Positions 40,801-49,200 of a DNA stretch of 64,000 bases are shown in pieces (the first letter of the stretch is position 1; each line of letters opens with the position of its first letter). Made by a program: the position numbers and the translations under genes. This stretch comes from a virus. The DNA is taken from positions 33,257 to 97,256 of IMG/VR virus record IMGVR_UViG_3300030060_008361. One strand, written 5' to 3'. The notes beneath the pieces were generated by a model. The model was not told the origin of the DNA. It saw only the letters and a list, made by a program, of their open reading frames with translations, and searched no databases.

Positions 40801-42384
40801 AACAATGCGGCCACAAATACAAATTATCAAGAAGCTATGTCATTGTCAGCGTCTTTAAACTTGGGAATATGTGTATCTCTACACACCGACAGCTACAGTA
40901 CCACGATAAACGACAACTCTGTTTCTTCAATTCTATCAGATAACCGCGTCGAACATCCCGGTCAAAATTTTGGATATGAAGATGTTTTTGACCAAGGAAA
41001 TGGGGCACCAAAAGATAGATGGGTCATACAAACAAAGTGGGAAACGCCCGTTATGGATTTCGCAGAAGCAAAAGTTTCAGCATTAAACATAGATGGCAAT
41101 ACAATACAGGAAGTTACAGGCTCTCCATGGAAAGATAGATATTGGGACTCTTATTATGTAAAAAATGCCCAACTAAGAGAGAGTACTCCGGGATCTTTTA
41201 TGACTGGTTCCACTGGAATATGGCACCAAAAAGGAAGCATAATAGATAAACAGACTGAATCAAACTTGGTAAAGGGGTATTTCCTTTCTGCTGAGGATGT
41301 TAAGGGCTCTCCTGGATTGGCCACCAAGCTTGGCTTTATTGGAAATGCCGAAAAAACCGAAGGTGGAGACAGCCTCAAGTTAGCTAAAGGTTTTAGAAGA
41401 AGAGTCGGCCCAATTGAAAATAGAAAAATGGTCAAAGAGGCCATCGTCGCAATTCCTTATGTCGCAAACCCAAATTCAACTCGCCAGGTTCAGTTCGTAC
41501 CTCTTGACATGCACGTTTTCGAAGCTGCTCAAGCATCCCTTCAGAGTTTAAAGCACGAATTAAACTGGATGCAGATTTCGAACCAAGTAACTTCTCTTGA
41601 TGACTACAGGAGGCTAGTGGCCAAATATAAGCATAAGACTGAAAATTATATTAGCGAAGCGCCAATAAATGCGGTAGAGTACCAACTTCATATGATGGAA
41701 CAGTTTGTGTTACCACCATCTTTAGATTTTCTGCTAACGAATCAAGAGCCGTTTATGATGTACTTTTTTCAGTTTAGGGCATCTTTTGACAAGACAGATA
41801 TAAGCAATATTTGGCAAAATCTATATCCTGAATCGAACAGCGCCGCAGCAAAAGCAAGATACTCTTGCGTAGACCGCTCTTTTGATGGAAGAATAACTCC
41901 CTTAAAGGATGTGTCATATGTTAGTCACTACTTGGATACTTTGCCTGTTTCCGGAAGAAAACTTTCACCAGTAAAGCAAACATCTATATACGATCTATTT
42001 TCACCTAGAGGACGACTAAGTAACGCAAAAACACGCTGGTTAGTCTTCAAGGTCAAAGAAAGAGCCCTTACTAACCTTGAGGCAATCAGAAAGAGGTCTG
42101 TTGATCCAAGATCAAACAATATTGATAAGTTCGAATATATTAAAGAATCGGAATCATCAGATGGCACTGGCTCACCAGCCCCTGAGCCATATTTTAATCC
42201 AGCATTTGGAAACGCGGGTGTGCTAACAAACGATCCCGCACCCGATACTGAGCCCCGTCAACCCGGAGTCCAATTTAATTGGCCTTATGACTACTTTTCC
42301 TTTGTTGAACTAGTTAAGTTAGAGGCAAAAATAGACTCTTATACATTTGGTATTCCGCCAATTGATGATGGCGGTATTAGTTAA
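28879..42384 (+). CDS. Giant (4501 aa) baseplate wedge/adhesin protein: gp7/P2-gpI-like core, LamG domains, FG-GAP beta-propeller
   Basis: TLEFWLK..WHHYAF..LYVDG..GSIDELRFW (LamG); TKGTLSSFRNLIRCFG (tail protein I/gp7-like); FGxS...VGAP..G.V.IF repeats; a further LamG (FAWIK..WHHIGF..FLDG..GYISDFAIWD). Confidence 0.8.
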   Translation: MSEYKILGDNQEEQRKLTILGSGKYERISADSNAAFNEAAESNKYVEEYKKLVERVLPNIDTREPSTFAFYGSAEKYYENSFKYIQNSYPYDGSRLEKVQWSLSASAIDLAILQHEYPKETGFVNFSPSGWGTISTTSGKYGLPSTQEYIKFSGGPYVGSVFDASTGRESGLKINPTQGNTLEFWLKKDEFATTKTDSEVVFDSYTIDYAEGNSSYGRFLLEVSSSANSPFYLTYMSGTTGINRSQIGAGTTAATVADGNWHHYAFVVFHSSSHLYTELYVDGKYDSTKTTAIASMGDVEDYFNGTIGALATTKDSQGGLGYGKLDGSIDELRFWKTRRTAKDVGNYFDFPVHGATDKEQINSILGLYYKFNEGVLSDPSADKVILDYSGRLNNGTFVGYTSSSRNTGSAITLSQDTVTTEKELGDPIINSNSSKVTSALQVLKDIASPHDEYNNSSIFKSVPQWAYEPAAGSSNLDSEFSILLQTMASKFDSIKLLIDGIPRLGFKTYSDFTFAKGSVNYTQNFGTLLGCQSDFDIAFSNLGETDKFSAQNLLSRNFDILELPIVNKSNLDQYLYNLKFSKTDPTTGLGSFLVDSKSEDIKNKILNSIYVNLDKIYNTKGTLSSFRNLIRCFGVDEKLISPNMYGNNEQIPIDNTPFIEPVDINALCLDDKNNQVTLFQSSSTSTEDRHYIEGKSSGPISFETRVIFPEMDLSSVSPTTTNTSIFGLNRTETTHIGIPAANHCGFRVSAVKQSLHHKSAYFTLSSSAGIFDEITTDYYNNVYSNSNWHLSVRFSEDTSVKLSDFNVKGTKKYKVEFSGHHYDLDVLLHSFNLSSSISQANYSNFIQANKSVFIGAERADITGSLSKKTECKFLNFNVWDDYLENTELKTHAQSYNNNGRLLPMQQVDNNQSDTSLKGDTLVLNWQFENVSYNDTNTTLTVTDSTSGSLGDVNKLGVIKGYKYPGTTTAYGNKADIVDKEHLGNITYKEIDNLISRPRVEIKEREVDVFKLDSRPVSYTFSYEKSMYQIVSREMLKMLSGVSVFNNLIGEVVNKYRVDYKSLEKLRERFYKQVENDIDFERFVEFYKWMDSSLGGMLEQLQPASSNMNLGIQDVVESHALERNKYAHMLPTFEHKDPKIEGQILGINELLYDWEHGHATPPAASTATITFTGTVADQPEALIITSVDADGARTTKTYLAAGGNDAASGQFVREGGVAATAAGLKAAIEHNVRGHGNKITVSVDGGVVTLTQAAKGKAGNVSIGGTLNSDGNASVSGFSGGTGLDQAENCLWWQDRAERDGVLTIAGAPNNNREILRERTNNISVSGSTYVLRKLIRPYKVTMNKSTLLDMGSNRNANKIQGFYKIVNSNPQKQISLSKSDIYEFKKCDDVTDPQKERLYVAKTNTTGTSGYLDVDADAAFPFSLYSSSAENRQDFAVFQDGLAVTNNHDDQRASLQGPFVRENVGGMPHRRVKFGTDKDERPEAYALSANSNTLTLSRVPLGSPKSQISLGQQAVYNVTNIKTDTLSSVKKVGNYDKAYEIVQIAGRKLNNRLLTISSSIPNSPIRAGFIKDTVDYKIADRPRSEHIFVSRFSSPGGPETHAAAARDFESGELSIYNTVNYRNLSVRQPLNKLHSEKNEKSGYRLGHGTTAATATIKVTDAGGVGHGEVFKLSTFNGVEITYTINGGVAQAAGGGSGTSATVGFSGVGGGATGKVNAASAIAIAINATTGAGFIAESDGVDTVTVTQTQLGAIGNRVNVDTVSGVTISNFAGGSDGMPSVHMTNRNLFHSVVDNEIDNAATKSDNFYAQHPIPQNDIQYAWITASTTTGKTDFVENNLGFGHQHTYSTGSKKALEFTTSKTFQNPVLVQEFIGSGSVADSNPANMLGYSITSHGDYVAVGEPDAVIDGFREAGKVHIYKKLAGRFKEVQVLQGSDARSGATSSEKQFGFSVSMKKNILAVGSRQSNTASYDDGHNAQGKVVIFERLGGSDSWTQTREIGPPTTHAQTYSYFGQSLEFSPDGETLIVGAPEDDTVSSNHGAIIVFDRSSRYQFTHFLTSSAGTADSQIGFTVSFGKTTDNIETIAAGAHRLDGGRGKVEIFEYKYIDAATGTTWRNTQTLTALDNNANDNFGYSVGIESDYLVIGAPGDNSSLGSAYIFQKIDGTWKQIQKLNPKGVTGSYRIGYKVSIKNGVIYLGGYINDSDAQGAVLVYEKIGSQWAEVKTILTTDYDRVTEDGTTDVEAFSIEILPVDDLLFVGASRTTVSSNIKGSLYILERKGKSWADVQVNYAGINLGIVEEVDIDNNTIQPLTKTTIGQLLLHRQGPYGWPTWKQLRGYQHPVARAHKKNNIYSVAYIEQYPDPFEFNRKSILMSGNSADSTYLEIDKTREIFKNKSEISLFAWIKHPQADDSESHNLFAINTGTGGNRFAFSIKGTQAYTFDAPGVLAIYQTPNVGWKMSSGIRIDDNEWHHIGFTYRQLSTTSGEIELFLDGKSQGSKITVGAFSNIVDGQKDKVSIGHEFDGSLTTSDFWKGYISDFAIWDKQLTDVEVASLIRHEKPTDDSRFRGLANRFHPENKSKAGLKSFGPIDLRTHDTFNRLQVWYRMGDGSRNNLKDSIKARFLTVEDSIHKIYNNANIGSRGYYHARPTGSASNQSMTIVDVRNELPGTVMNRHAQRDRPNGKLQYRSQFGNPALSPGMNSGYRYARDSMFRKKLTGMFDVENPYERARYLDDHGPKVEDLATNNFVYGTVSDHRRNVNYKDIPVTERFNPMVMTVHSENAPLLFHDPENLRVIPGEAFQSIEDPRSPRHFDVRHNTEDIDQQKRELSWNLDQAYYASFTKNVSYGKKIDLWKDNPYMTPFGQVGIRKTFQNDITTFAEMLILTDSNKEEDKRNTFTPLFNNIIKKNDEGNKKLIEINYIEKIYPREINTFTKHAREREQYDFHGWKKLRDNRNVLLSGNVNHFNDEALLKLSTVSAFPHYTTNDENNDKKSFFGTFDALDVRLSTNTTNLPIVCNISASVWPLDSRKVFTELPVEIGQSYFNDADNFLQSRDQGTRAEGILQNDFSTFPLGYNGLYGTPPFSMVYNRRIPQAMLGKYDVVDDVYSDTINTAHFTTTDGNNSTVPHRQINNTDITLGTTGVTHSSASVYMTVLSGHTSNADGKLNIIEEISGSTSLSIFFWATRAEVYATGFEATDSADDIYVEYSPVSNFSSGVATVSESFKKSSTTTSTDQLESLSNSSAGRIQRDDLPNSSTLDYYKIDISVPVNGGFYRLRKESDASPGFGDTVAIFEFGYSTQRAGEFLAGEAMWEATSGTLGPFYDSYKEYSFGDIRLIAQDHSVIPEFRMSEFVEEVLNNERTYPENDSIEDPLSYWPDFLSLTGAIHQKSSGDLDIGGQFFKTYSNSDFLKYFEVVDNEITHHQHPVTHTRLTLKCKAAMKFLPYRGFYPAERVVQICDLFHKNYLSDDVLNSLAQKRNDSGIVMTTSNTRKYLNLRANASRYQATKPLFGPGVLMNSIKAGVAVDYPIFTGSFDTVSSRLPTTASLKIFSTLNIPNSTTFTGSIINNTEDDGMPRIKSSVTRRVKFEDMLNPSNLFSENIFDNEPHPSASLQYGTKHWNRIIERPAVFGSFEKDSLLDDLGVSFENTEIGFANQISPYTRAIHNFAAETVNFFVEDGHLTTLISKPIDEYFVSGETHKMRVRLTNVNNVMYDRHSAFGPPVDDSGNGLQLKKLTLVSQPSNASLSLTLDDPDNYSSLLSTIVDVNQLPAITASSVDNSTSARKVIIKFYSANAAWSVPPADNYSDDTTSAAGPVLYVNVDTPAAGADPDERKSSMASSIKDHLDRSEAVKDYWTTSVSGNSLSISANWFGSASGVSFSTVDADTIAILSSSTKPRVFVESSSISFSGGQAENQATYTSTTETITSSHGFMPYVPPFLDPNSSPYVEISFTPTETKNFSAEEIIQNSTYEYYNFKATPNNAATNTNYQEAMSLSASLNLGICVSLHTDSYSTTINDNSVSSILSDNRVEHPGQNFGYEDVFDQGNGAPKDRWVIQTKWETPVMDFAEAKVSALNIDGNTIQEVTGSPWKDRYWDSYYVKNAQLRESTPGSFMTGSTGIWHQKGSIIDKQTESNLVKGYFLSAEDVKGSPGLATKLGFIGNAEKTEGGDSLKLAKGFRRRVGPIENRKMVKEAIVAIPYVANPNSTRQVQFVPLDMHVFEAAQASLQSLKHELNWMQISNQVTSLDDYRRLVAKYKHKTENYISEAPINAVEYQLHMMEQFVLPPSLDFLLTNQEPFMMYFFQFRASFDKTDISNIWQNLYPESNSAAAKARYSCVDRSFDGRITPLKDVSYVSHYLDTLPVSGRKLSPVKQTSIYDLFSPRGRLSNAKTRWLVFKVKERALTNLEAIRKRSVDPRSNNIDKFEYIKESESSDGTGSPAPEPYFNPAFGNAGVLTNDPAPDTEPRQPGVQFNWPYDYFSFVELVKLEAKIDSYTFGIPPIDDGGIS
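32350..32724 (+). repeat. Inserted ~120-aa module, copy 2
   Basis: AASTATITF...AATAAGLKAAI...VVTLTQAAKGKAGN...FSGGTG; visibly more GC-rich than flanks. Confidence 0.7.
33820..34206 (+). repeat. Inserted ~125-aa module, copy 3
   Basis: TAATATIKV...AASAIAIAIN...TVTVTQTQLGAIGN...FAGGSDG. Confidence 0.7.
34534..35703 (+). repeat. FG-GAP-type repeats (about 7-bladed beta-propeller) within the 4501-aa ORF
   Basis: LGYSI..VAVGEP, FGFSV..LAVGS, FGQSL..LIVGAP, IGFTV..AAGAH, FGYSV..LVIGAP, IGYKV..LGG, FSIEI..LFVGAS. Confidence 0.8.
40081..40600 (+). repeat. Inserted module, degenerate copy 4
   Basis: ASLSLTL...MASSIKDHL...TTSVSGNSLSISA..FG...FSGG. Confidence 0.4.
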
Positions 42385-42407
42385 AACCGGACCAGACTGG
42401 AGCAGAT

Positions 42408-43265
42408 ATGTCATTTTTTGATAAAAAGCAAGAAGTAATAGATATTCGCCTAACGCAGTTTGGCAAAAACCTATTAGCAAGAGGCTTTTTTAAGCCTGTT
42501 TATTATAGGTTTTTTGATGATGACATTATTTACAATTCAAACTGCGCTGGTATCAAAGAAGAGCAAAACAGAACAGAAGAAAGAATACTAGAAGCACAAA
42601 GGCTGAAAACACAACACCTCACGCTTAGTGTTGAAGAAAAGTTCGACCAAAATCAGGAATTAATAAATTCAGGTAGTGTAAAGACTTTTATGGAAATATC
42701 CAGAAGACAAGACCCCTTGTTTACAGAAGCTATATTGAAATACCCATTAGAGAATAGTAAGCTAAACTCTAATGTGGCCCCTAGGTTTGAACTAAACCTT
42801 CAGGGAGCAAAAATTGACAAGGTCGATGACTCTATCAACGTTGATGGAGTTAGTTTGCCTGTTCCTCAATTGCAGGTAACGGCCTCTTATACTTTGTATA
42901 GAGATTCTAGGAATGAAAATCCTGAAAATCAAATTTCTCCAATGTTGTATGATAGTGAAAACTATATTGATTTAACGAGAGATAGAGTTGATTTTCTTAA
43001 TAAGACTTCTTTTTATATAGATAGGCAAGATTTAATTATAGATCTGCAAGAGTATGGTGTAGATTTGGGATTGGATAATTTTGAAATAGAATTGTTTGAA
43101 ATACAGGAACAGGACAGAGAAGATGGAACCAAAAAACAAATCTTAACAAGGGTTGAAAGCGAAACAAAATTTAAAAAAATATTAAATATAAGAACAGATT
43201 CAATGGTAGAGAAGCAATCCAAAAGAGATAAATCAGGAAGAGCGACACCTAGAGGAAGATCATAA
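42408..43265 (+). CDS. Virion structural protein, N-terminus paralogous to the 50286 ORF
   Basis: IDIRLTQFGKNLLARG.FKPVYYRFFDDDIIY versus ILDAVLTDTGRQRMAQG.FRITKFALGDEEIDY. Confidence 0.65.
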   Translation: MSFFDKKQEVIDIRLTQFGKNLLARGFFKPVYYRFFDDDIIYNSNCAGIKEEQNRTEERILEAQRLKTQHLTLSVEEKFDQNQELINSGSVKTFMEISRRQDPLFTEAILKYPLENSKLNSNVAPRFELNLQGAKIDKVDDSINVDGVSLPVPQLQVTASYTLYRDSRNENPENQISPMLYDSENYIDLTRDRVDFLNKTSFYIDRQDLIIDLQEYGVDLGLDNFEIELFEIQEQDREDGTKKQILTRVESETKFKKILNIRTDSMVEKQSKRDKSGRATPRGRS

Positions 43266-46200
43266 TGCCAGCTGACGTATTGACAGTACAAGCACTTGAA
43301 AATTTCAAAAATTCAATTCCGTATGGTCTCGACATGAATTTTGAAAGTGCCCTGCCGCCTTATAAAATAAATTCTGTCGTTGCTGCTGTTAGGAGCGAGG
43401 AAGGCTCGACTGTAGGCATCATCGATGTCAACTGCTCGATAAGCAGAGATCTCACTTTAAAGTATGACTCTTGGATAGGGTCCTCAGAGTTTTTAAAATA
43501 TGTAAATTTTTACTTTATCTTAGCAGGGTCCCCAGATTCCAGGTCTGGCGTAGGACAAGACCACGTTAATGCCTTATATTATCCAGACACAAGAGCTTTT
43601 GGGCTATCAATGCTCAATCCGGATTTCTCAGATTCTTTATCAAATTGGGACAGGCCCTGGGCGGCGGACATATCCTTTGATCAGTTGTATCAGCAATATG
43701 GATTTTTATCAACAGGTTATATAAATGCGAATGACGTATATAATGGTCAAAGATCTACTTTCTCTTATGCTGATGCCTCAGGTCAAGGTCAGTTTGATAT
43801 TGATTCCGGCCGGTATACCGGCACTCCGTTGGACAACGACGAAGATATGGACGTCATTACCGCGAGTCTCCGTGGAAGGTCAGCTTCGACAGTCAGCCAA
43901 ACAGTCGGCAGAGAAACTTTTTTTAATATTGTGCTGCCGTTCTTTATTCCTGATAGTTTTTTTGAACGCTTCGGTGAAAAAAGTTTGTCAGTATATTCTT
44001 TTTGCCAACTAGACATAAATACATTGGCAAGTGATTATAATTTAGGCCAATATATCTCTAATTTAAGTGTTTTTGGTGGCCCACTAAAGTATGAAAAAAT
44101 ACTAAAATGGAATAACCTCCATCAGCAATGGAGCAAATCTACCACCAGATCTATTTTTCAAGACTCCCAAGGCAACCCCTACAGTGGCCTGACACACTTT
44201 CATGGAAAGGATCCAGAAACAGGAGTAGGCACTGGCCCTGATGGTTATACTGGCTGGATGGAAGGTCCAGCTTCTGGGCACATGGCTGGTAGAAAAAAGT
44301 TATCTCGGCGCACTATGCCAAACAATAAGGTGGTTATGTCTACGCAGGGCAGCGCTTTAGATTATGAGGGCATGCCCTTGTCTCATCGTTTTAGTGTTGG
44401 GCCCTTGTCTGGGGTTGAGAACCCTCTAGAGATTACAATAAACAACTTTGCTACACCATATGGTAATTTGAGACTTGGAGAGGACCTAATGAGAGCCCTC
44501 AGATCAGAGACGGGACTAGCAGAAATTATTAAAGCATCGCCTGAGTCTGGAAGGGTCATAAAAAGCGAATTAGAGAAGTTTCAAGATCGCATATTTAAAA
44601 GGCTTGTACTTAGATCCCAAAAGAGACCAAGTGAATTAAAAATGTTCAGCAACGAAAACAATCCAAATTTACAATCTTTTAACGCTGAAACTTTTAATTA
44701 TTCACTCGCAGCTGTATTGAATCTTGAAGACCTTGTTGCATCAAACTCAAAACTTGGGCATCTTATAGATTTTCATAGAGACAATATAGCTGGCAGCTCT
44801 ATAGAAGAAATAAGAAATGATGTTTCTAAATCTAACTCTTATGATTTTATAACTTTGTGTCTGCTCCGGTGTAACACTCAAAATGTTCAGCTTTATAGAA
44901 AAAGAGTGGAAAATCAGCCATCTTTTAACAACAGATCATCAGCTCCAATATATGGCGACTATAACACAAACGTTGTAAAAAGAAAATTTATTTTCAATGA
45001 GTTATCGGATGGGGCAATACCAGGCCAAACTTTAGATTCTATTATATACAACATAGATGGAATCCCATCATTATCTAATGTAGACTCTCAAGGTAGGGCA
45101 ACAATATCTCGCGAAGCTACTTCGGCAATTGATTGTACTTTGTCTTTTGGCAATTTTAAGAACAGCCCCGAAGGGATGATCGTCCCGATGTCAATACAGG
45201 ATTATGATTTATTTTACGAAACATCATATGGAAACTATAAATACGAGTTAGAGCTTAATCTTACTGACGGGCCCGTAGAATATATGAAACAGGCGGTCTC
45301 TGAGTTCTCCGTTCTTTTGGATAGGTATAGATCATATGTTAGTGAATATGAAAGATATATAATTGCTCAAACTGGCAATATGATTGCAGGCCCCGCCGAG
45401 TTCTCCAGAGCAATGAGGATAAATATGGCAGTGGCCATGAACTCAGAAGGCAATCCGGATCAAAAATATGGCCCACTTCTAAATCAGCTTGTTGCTTACT
45501 ATTCTTTTTTGTTGTTTGTTTTAACTCGCTCTTCAGCCCTTCTGGATACAGAAATGAAAGAGGAGTTAATCTCTTCTTTACAATATAAGAATTATAGTTT
45601 TCCAACTGTGCGATTTTTTCTTGACAAATGTAACACCTTGGAGCACACATTGAGAACTATGGTACATGGAAAAGACATTGACATTGAAAACACACTCAAC
45701 ATGGGTACCCATAAAAGATCAGCGTCTTTCAACGTAAGCAAAGAACATCCAGCCTCAGCCATGAATATTAAAGGGGAGTTGCCAAATGTAATGGTAGCCC
45801 ACCCTCCGGGTACTGTTTTTATTGATTATTCTAATATAGATCTAAGGAACCCAGAAATATCGGACAGCTATCGGCTATTTTACATCCACCGTACTCGTTA
45901 TGGTGAATCTCTGGATATAAAAACCGCTAGAATTCGCCGCGGCCCGGATGGTAGCATATACGTTAAACCTAATGCTGTTCCGACAAGGGTCGATATCGCC
46001 CATGCAAATGAAGTACCTGCTCATGATGGTCAGGGGATTGCGATGGATGCTGCCCCAGCAGCCAACAATGCCATCGATGCCGCGGCAGCAGCAGTTGATA
46101 ATGCTATGGATATGCTCGGAGGCATGACTTGGTCAAGCCTTGTTTCTAAGGCAGCATCGCTCAATCCAGATTTACAATCTGGTTGTGGCGATATACTAGA

Positions 46201-49200
46201 GGACGAAACTGTGATAACCGAAGACGTGTCACAAGCAGTGTTGGACTCAATATTGAGTAATGAGGACTTCGATATAATTAGAGAAAATACCAGAGATAAT
46301 AATGATAATTTTCTCTTTAGGGAGGATGCGATTCCTCTTCTTGCGGATACTATTGCAAGATCAGTATTTATGAACGTATACATTGAGCCGGCTTCGATGG
46401 CTGACGCACTGACTCCTGTCCCTGATCCCAATGCCATCACTTCCAACGGCTTCATACCTCGCCAAAGATTCTACCGCGAAGAGTCTGACTCTTCCGGCGC
46501 GTCAACGACGACTCAGACTGATACAGGGAATACTGAAACAGAGACAACCATAAGCGAGCTTTATGCTTCAGGTCAGTTACATGCCGCGGGCGAGGCCACA
46601 GCCAACGGAGATTTATCCGAGCCTCTCGGTATTTTCACTGTTGGTGGCGCCCACGACACCGCTATCGCTGCCGGAGGCCTTGATCTTGGCGCTATCCTTT
46701 CATCAACAGGGCCAAGTTTAGCCGGCGGCCCCCTTGCTGCTGGTTCACTCGGTGCCGGCTTATTTGCTGGGGGTGCTGTTACTGGACTGGCGGGGCGCTC
46801 GGAGGCAGTGGGCCCGCCAGCGGATTCGGAGGAGGGTCACCAATTGGCTATTGAAGATATTTGCAAAATTCCGCCACCACCACCACCTCCACCTGGAGGG
46901 CAAAATGGAGGAGGAAACCAGCCTGGGAACGGTGAAGAAGGAGATGGCGTCCCAGAAGTTGTACCACAACGCTTAGAAGCGGGACAGGCGCCTTATCCGC
47001 AACCATACAGGCCAGTTGGCAATCAAAATCAAGGAGCACTTGGTAATGACCATATACCCAGACCCGGCACAACACCTAGGTTCGCCGCGGCCTCAAGAGA
47101 GATAACAACTATTCCTAGTCAATTCTTTTTATCACAAAACTTTAACACACAGTTGGTTTATGAAAGATTGGAGATGCACAAACCTGAAAACGAAAGGGGT
47201 AAGAGGTCGCCTTTTCATGGAAGTGTTTGGTTCACTAATCACAGACCAAATCCGCAACCAGATAACATATCCGATGATGCAGATCTCTTTCGCTGGAGTC
47301 AAATGGCCATATGGGCATCTGATAATAATTCTGAGAAGTTTTTTATGCCAGCCCTTGCCTTTGCCCCGAACCTGACGGCGCTTGGCATTCTCGGTATGTT
47401 TTTTATCAATGATCTAGATTTTTACGAAGATCTCTTAGAACAGCTTGGCATTCCCCTCGACCAATTGCCATTGCCAATAACCAAGCCGGCCAATCCTGTT
47501 GGTATTATTTCGGATATGCCGAACTGGCCCGAGGCGCCCATATTTACGGTGTCCCCCTTCGCCCCAGCGAGAGGGGGAGTCGGTGGCCTTGATCTGGCGC
47601 CAAACTATACATTGGAAAATGTTATAAATGTTGTAGGTCCAATGCATACTACAGAAACATTGTGGTTTAGTCTTCTCAACAGAGGCTTAGTCGGATCCGC
47701 GGGCATGCCTGGCTTTACTGTTAATGATCGATTAACCTTGGCTGGAGAAAAGTTTATAGAGAATATGTTTCCTAGCGCAATAAAGAATAGTAATCAATTA
47801 TCTGAAAAACAAAAATACGATATGTTTTTGGAGATATTTTTAAATGGCAAGGAGTCTGGTCAATGGGATCAATTTACTAATCTTCCAAACTCTTTTAGTT
47901 CGACAGAGGATTATTATAGAACCCCAAATATTACTAGGGGCAACCTATACTTAGATTACGTTTTTGATGCTCCTGTTGCTTTTTTTGAGGATGAATTAAA
48001 CAACATACTTCTTTCACCATTTCATAGTGCAAAAATAAAAGTACAAGTAGACAATGTAGAAAACTTAGTATCTGGTCGATTTAAAAACATACATCAGATA
48101 CCTAATTTGTATTACTATTACAATTTTTTGGAAATAGAAAAAAAATATGCTAAACCAGGGGGAAGACTAACAAGGGGCAATATAGGAGACAGGGTACCAG
48201 AAGGTGAATGGGATTATGTTATCACAACACTTTCTATTATTGACGAGTATCGCAAGCATGGCCGCATAAGAAAGAGTGAATTAGAGACGCCGCGAACTTT
48301 AAAATTCCCCTCAGACAGAGTCAAAAACCTGCCACAAGTTAATGAATTTATAAAAAAATATGCTGTTAATTTTGTTGAAATAACAATAAACACTAAGCAG
48401 GGCGGGCCGATTAATGCCATGCTTCAAAGAAACAAAATGGACAGAGTTGTTTTAGAAAAAATGGCACCATCATATGATTCGATTAACGAGGCACCACCGA
48501 ATGATTTTTTTGGAATAGGTGCCATTGACTCTGCTCTTATTAAGTCAAGTACTTATGTTTTAGATGACTCATTCCTAGGGATAGAAGAAGAGGGTAATCA
48601 AAACTCTATTTTAAATACTATTAACGATAGAACAGAAAGTTTTGTACATACAAAAATGGTACCTGGGCTCTTTAAAAACCTTAAAGATGATATACTGGCT
48701 GCGGAGGGTCTTGAGTATCAAGAGGTTGATGAATATAGTTATCCTCTAAGGTACACCCATTGTGAGGATAAAAACTTACTAAAACTGGAAGAATCGATTA
48801 GAAGCCAAATTTTTATGTCACAAGCAGAAACTTTTATTGCCGAGTCTTCTGTAGGCAGAAATTATGCTAATATTTTAGAAGGAAAAAAAGCATATTCAGA
48901 AGTTGTAGGATATAAGGTTAGCAAGTTTCAGTGGGACGAAGAGAGTGAAACATACTCAGATCAACCAGTACAAGAATTGTACTTTATGGATAGTGATGAA
49001 GTAGAGACAATTAGCTATGTAGATACCCAGGTTTTACCATTTACTAAATATAAATATTCCATAGAAACAATAAACTTAGTTTTAGCGACCAGGTACGAAT
49101 ATACAGGAGTTGCCATTCAATCTCCACAGTTTCAAATATCAGTGGTATCACATCTGGATCCACTTTTGATCACCGCTCCTTTTTATGAGGAAGTGGTAGA

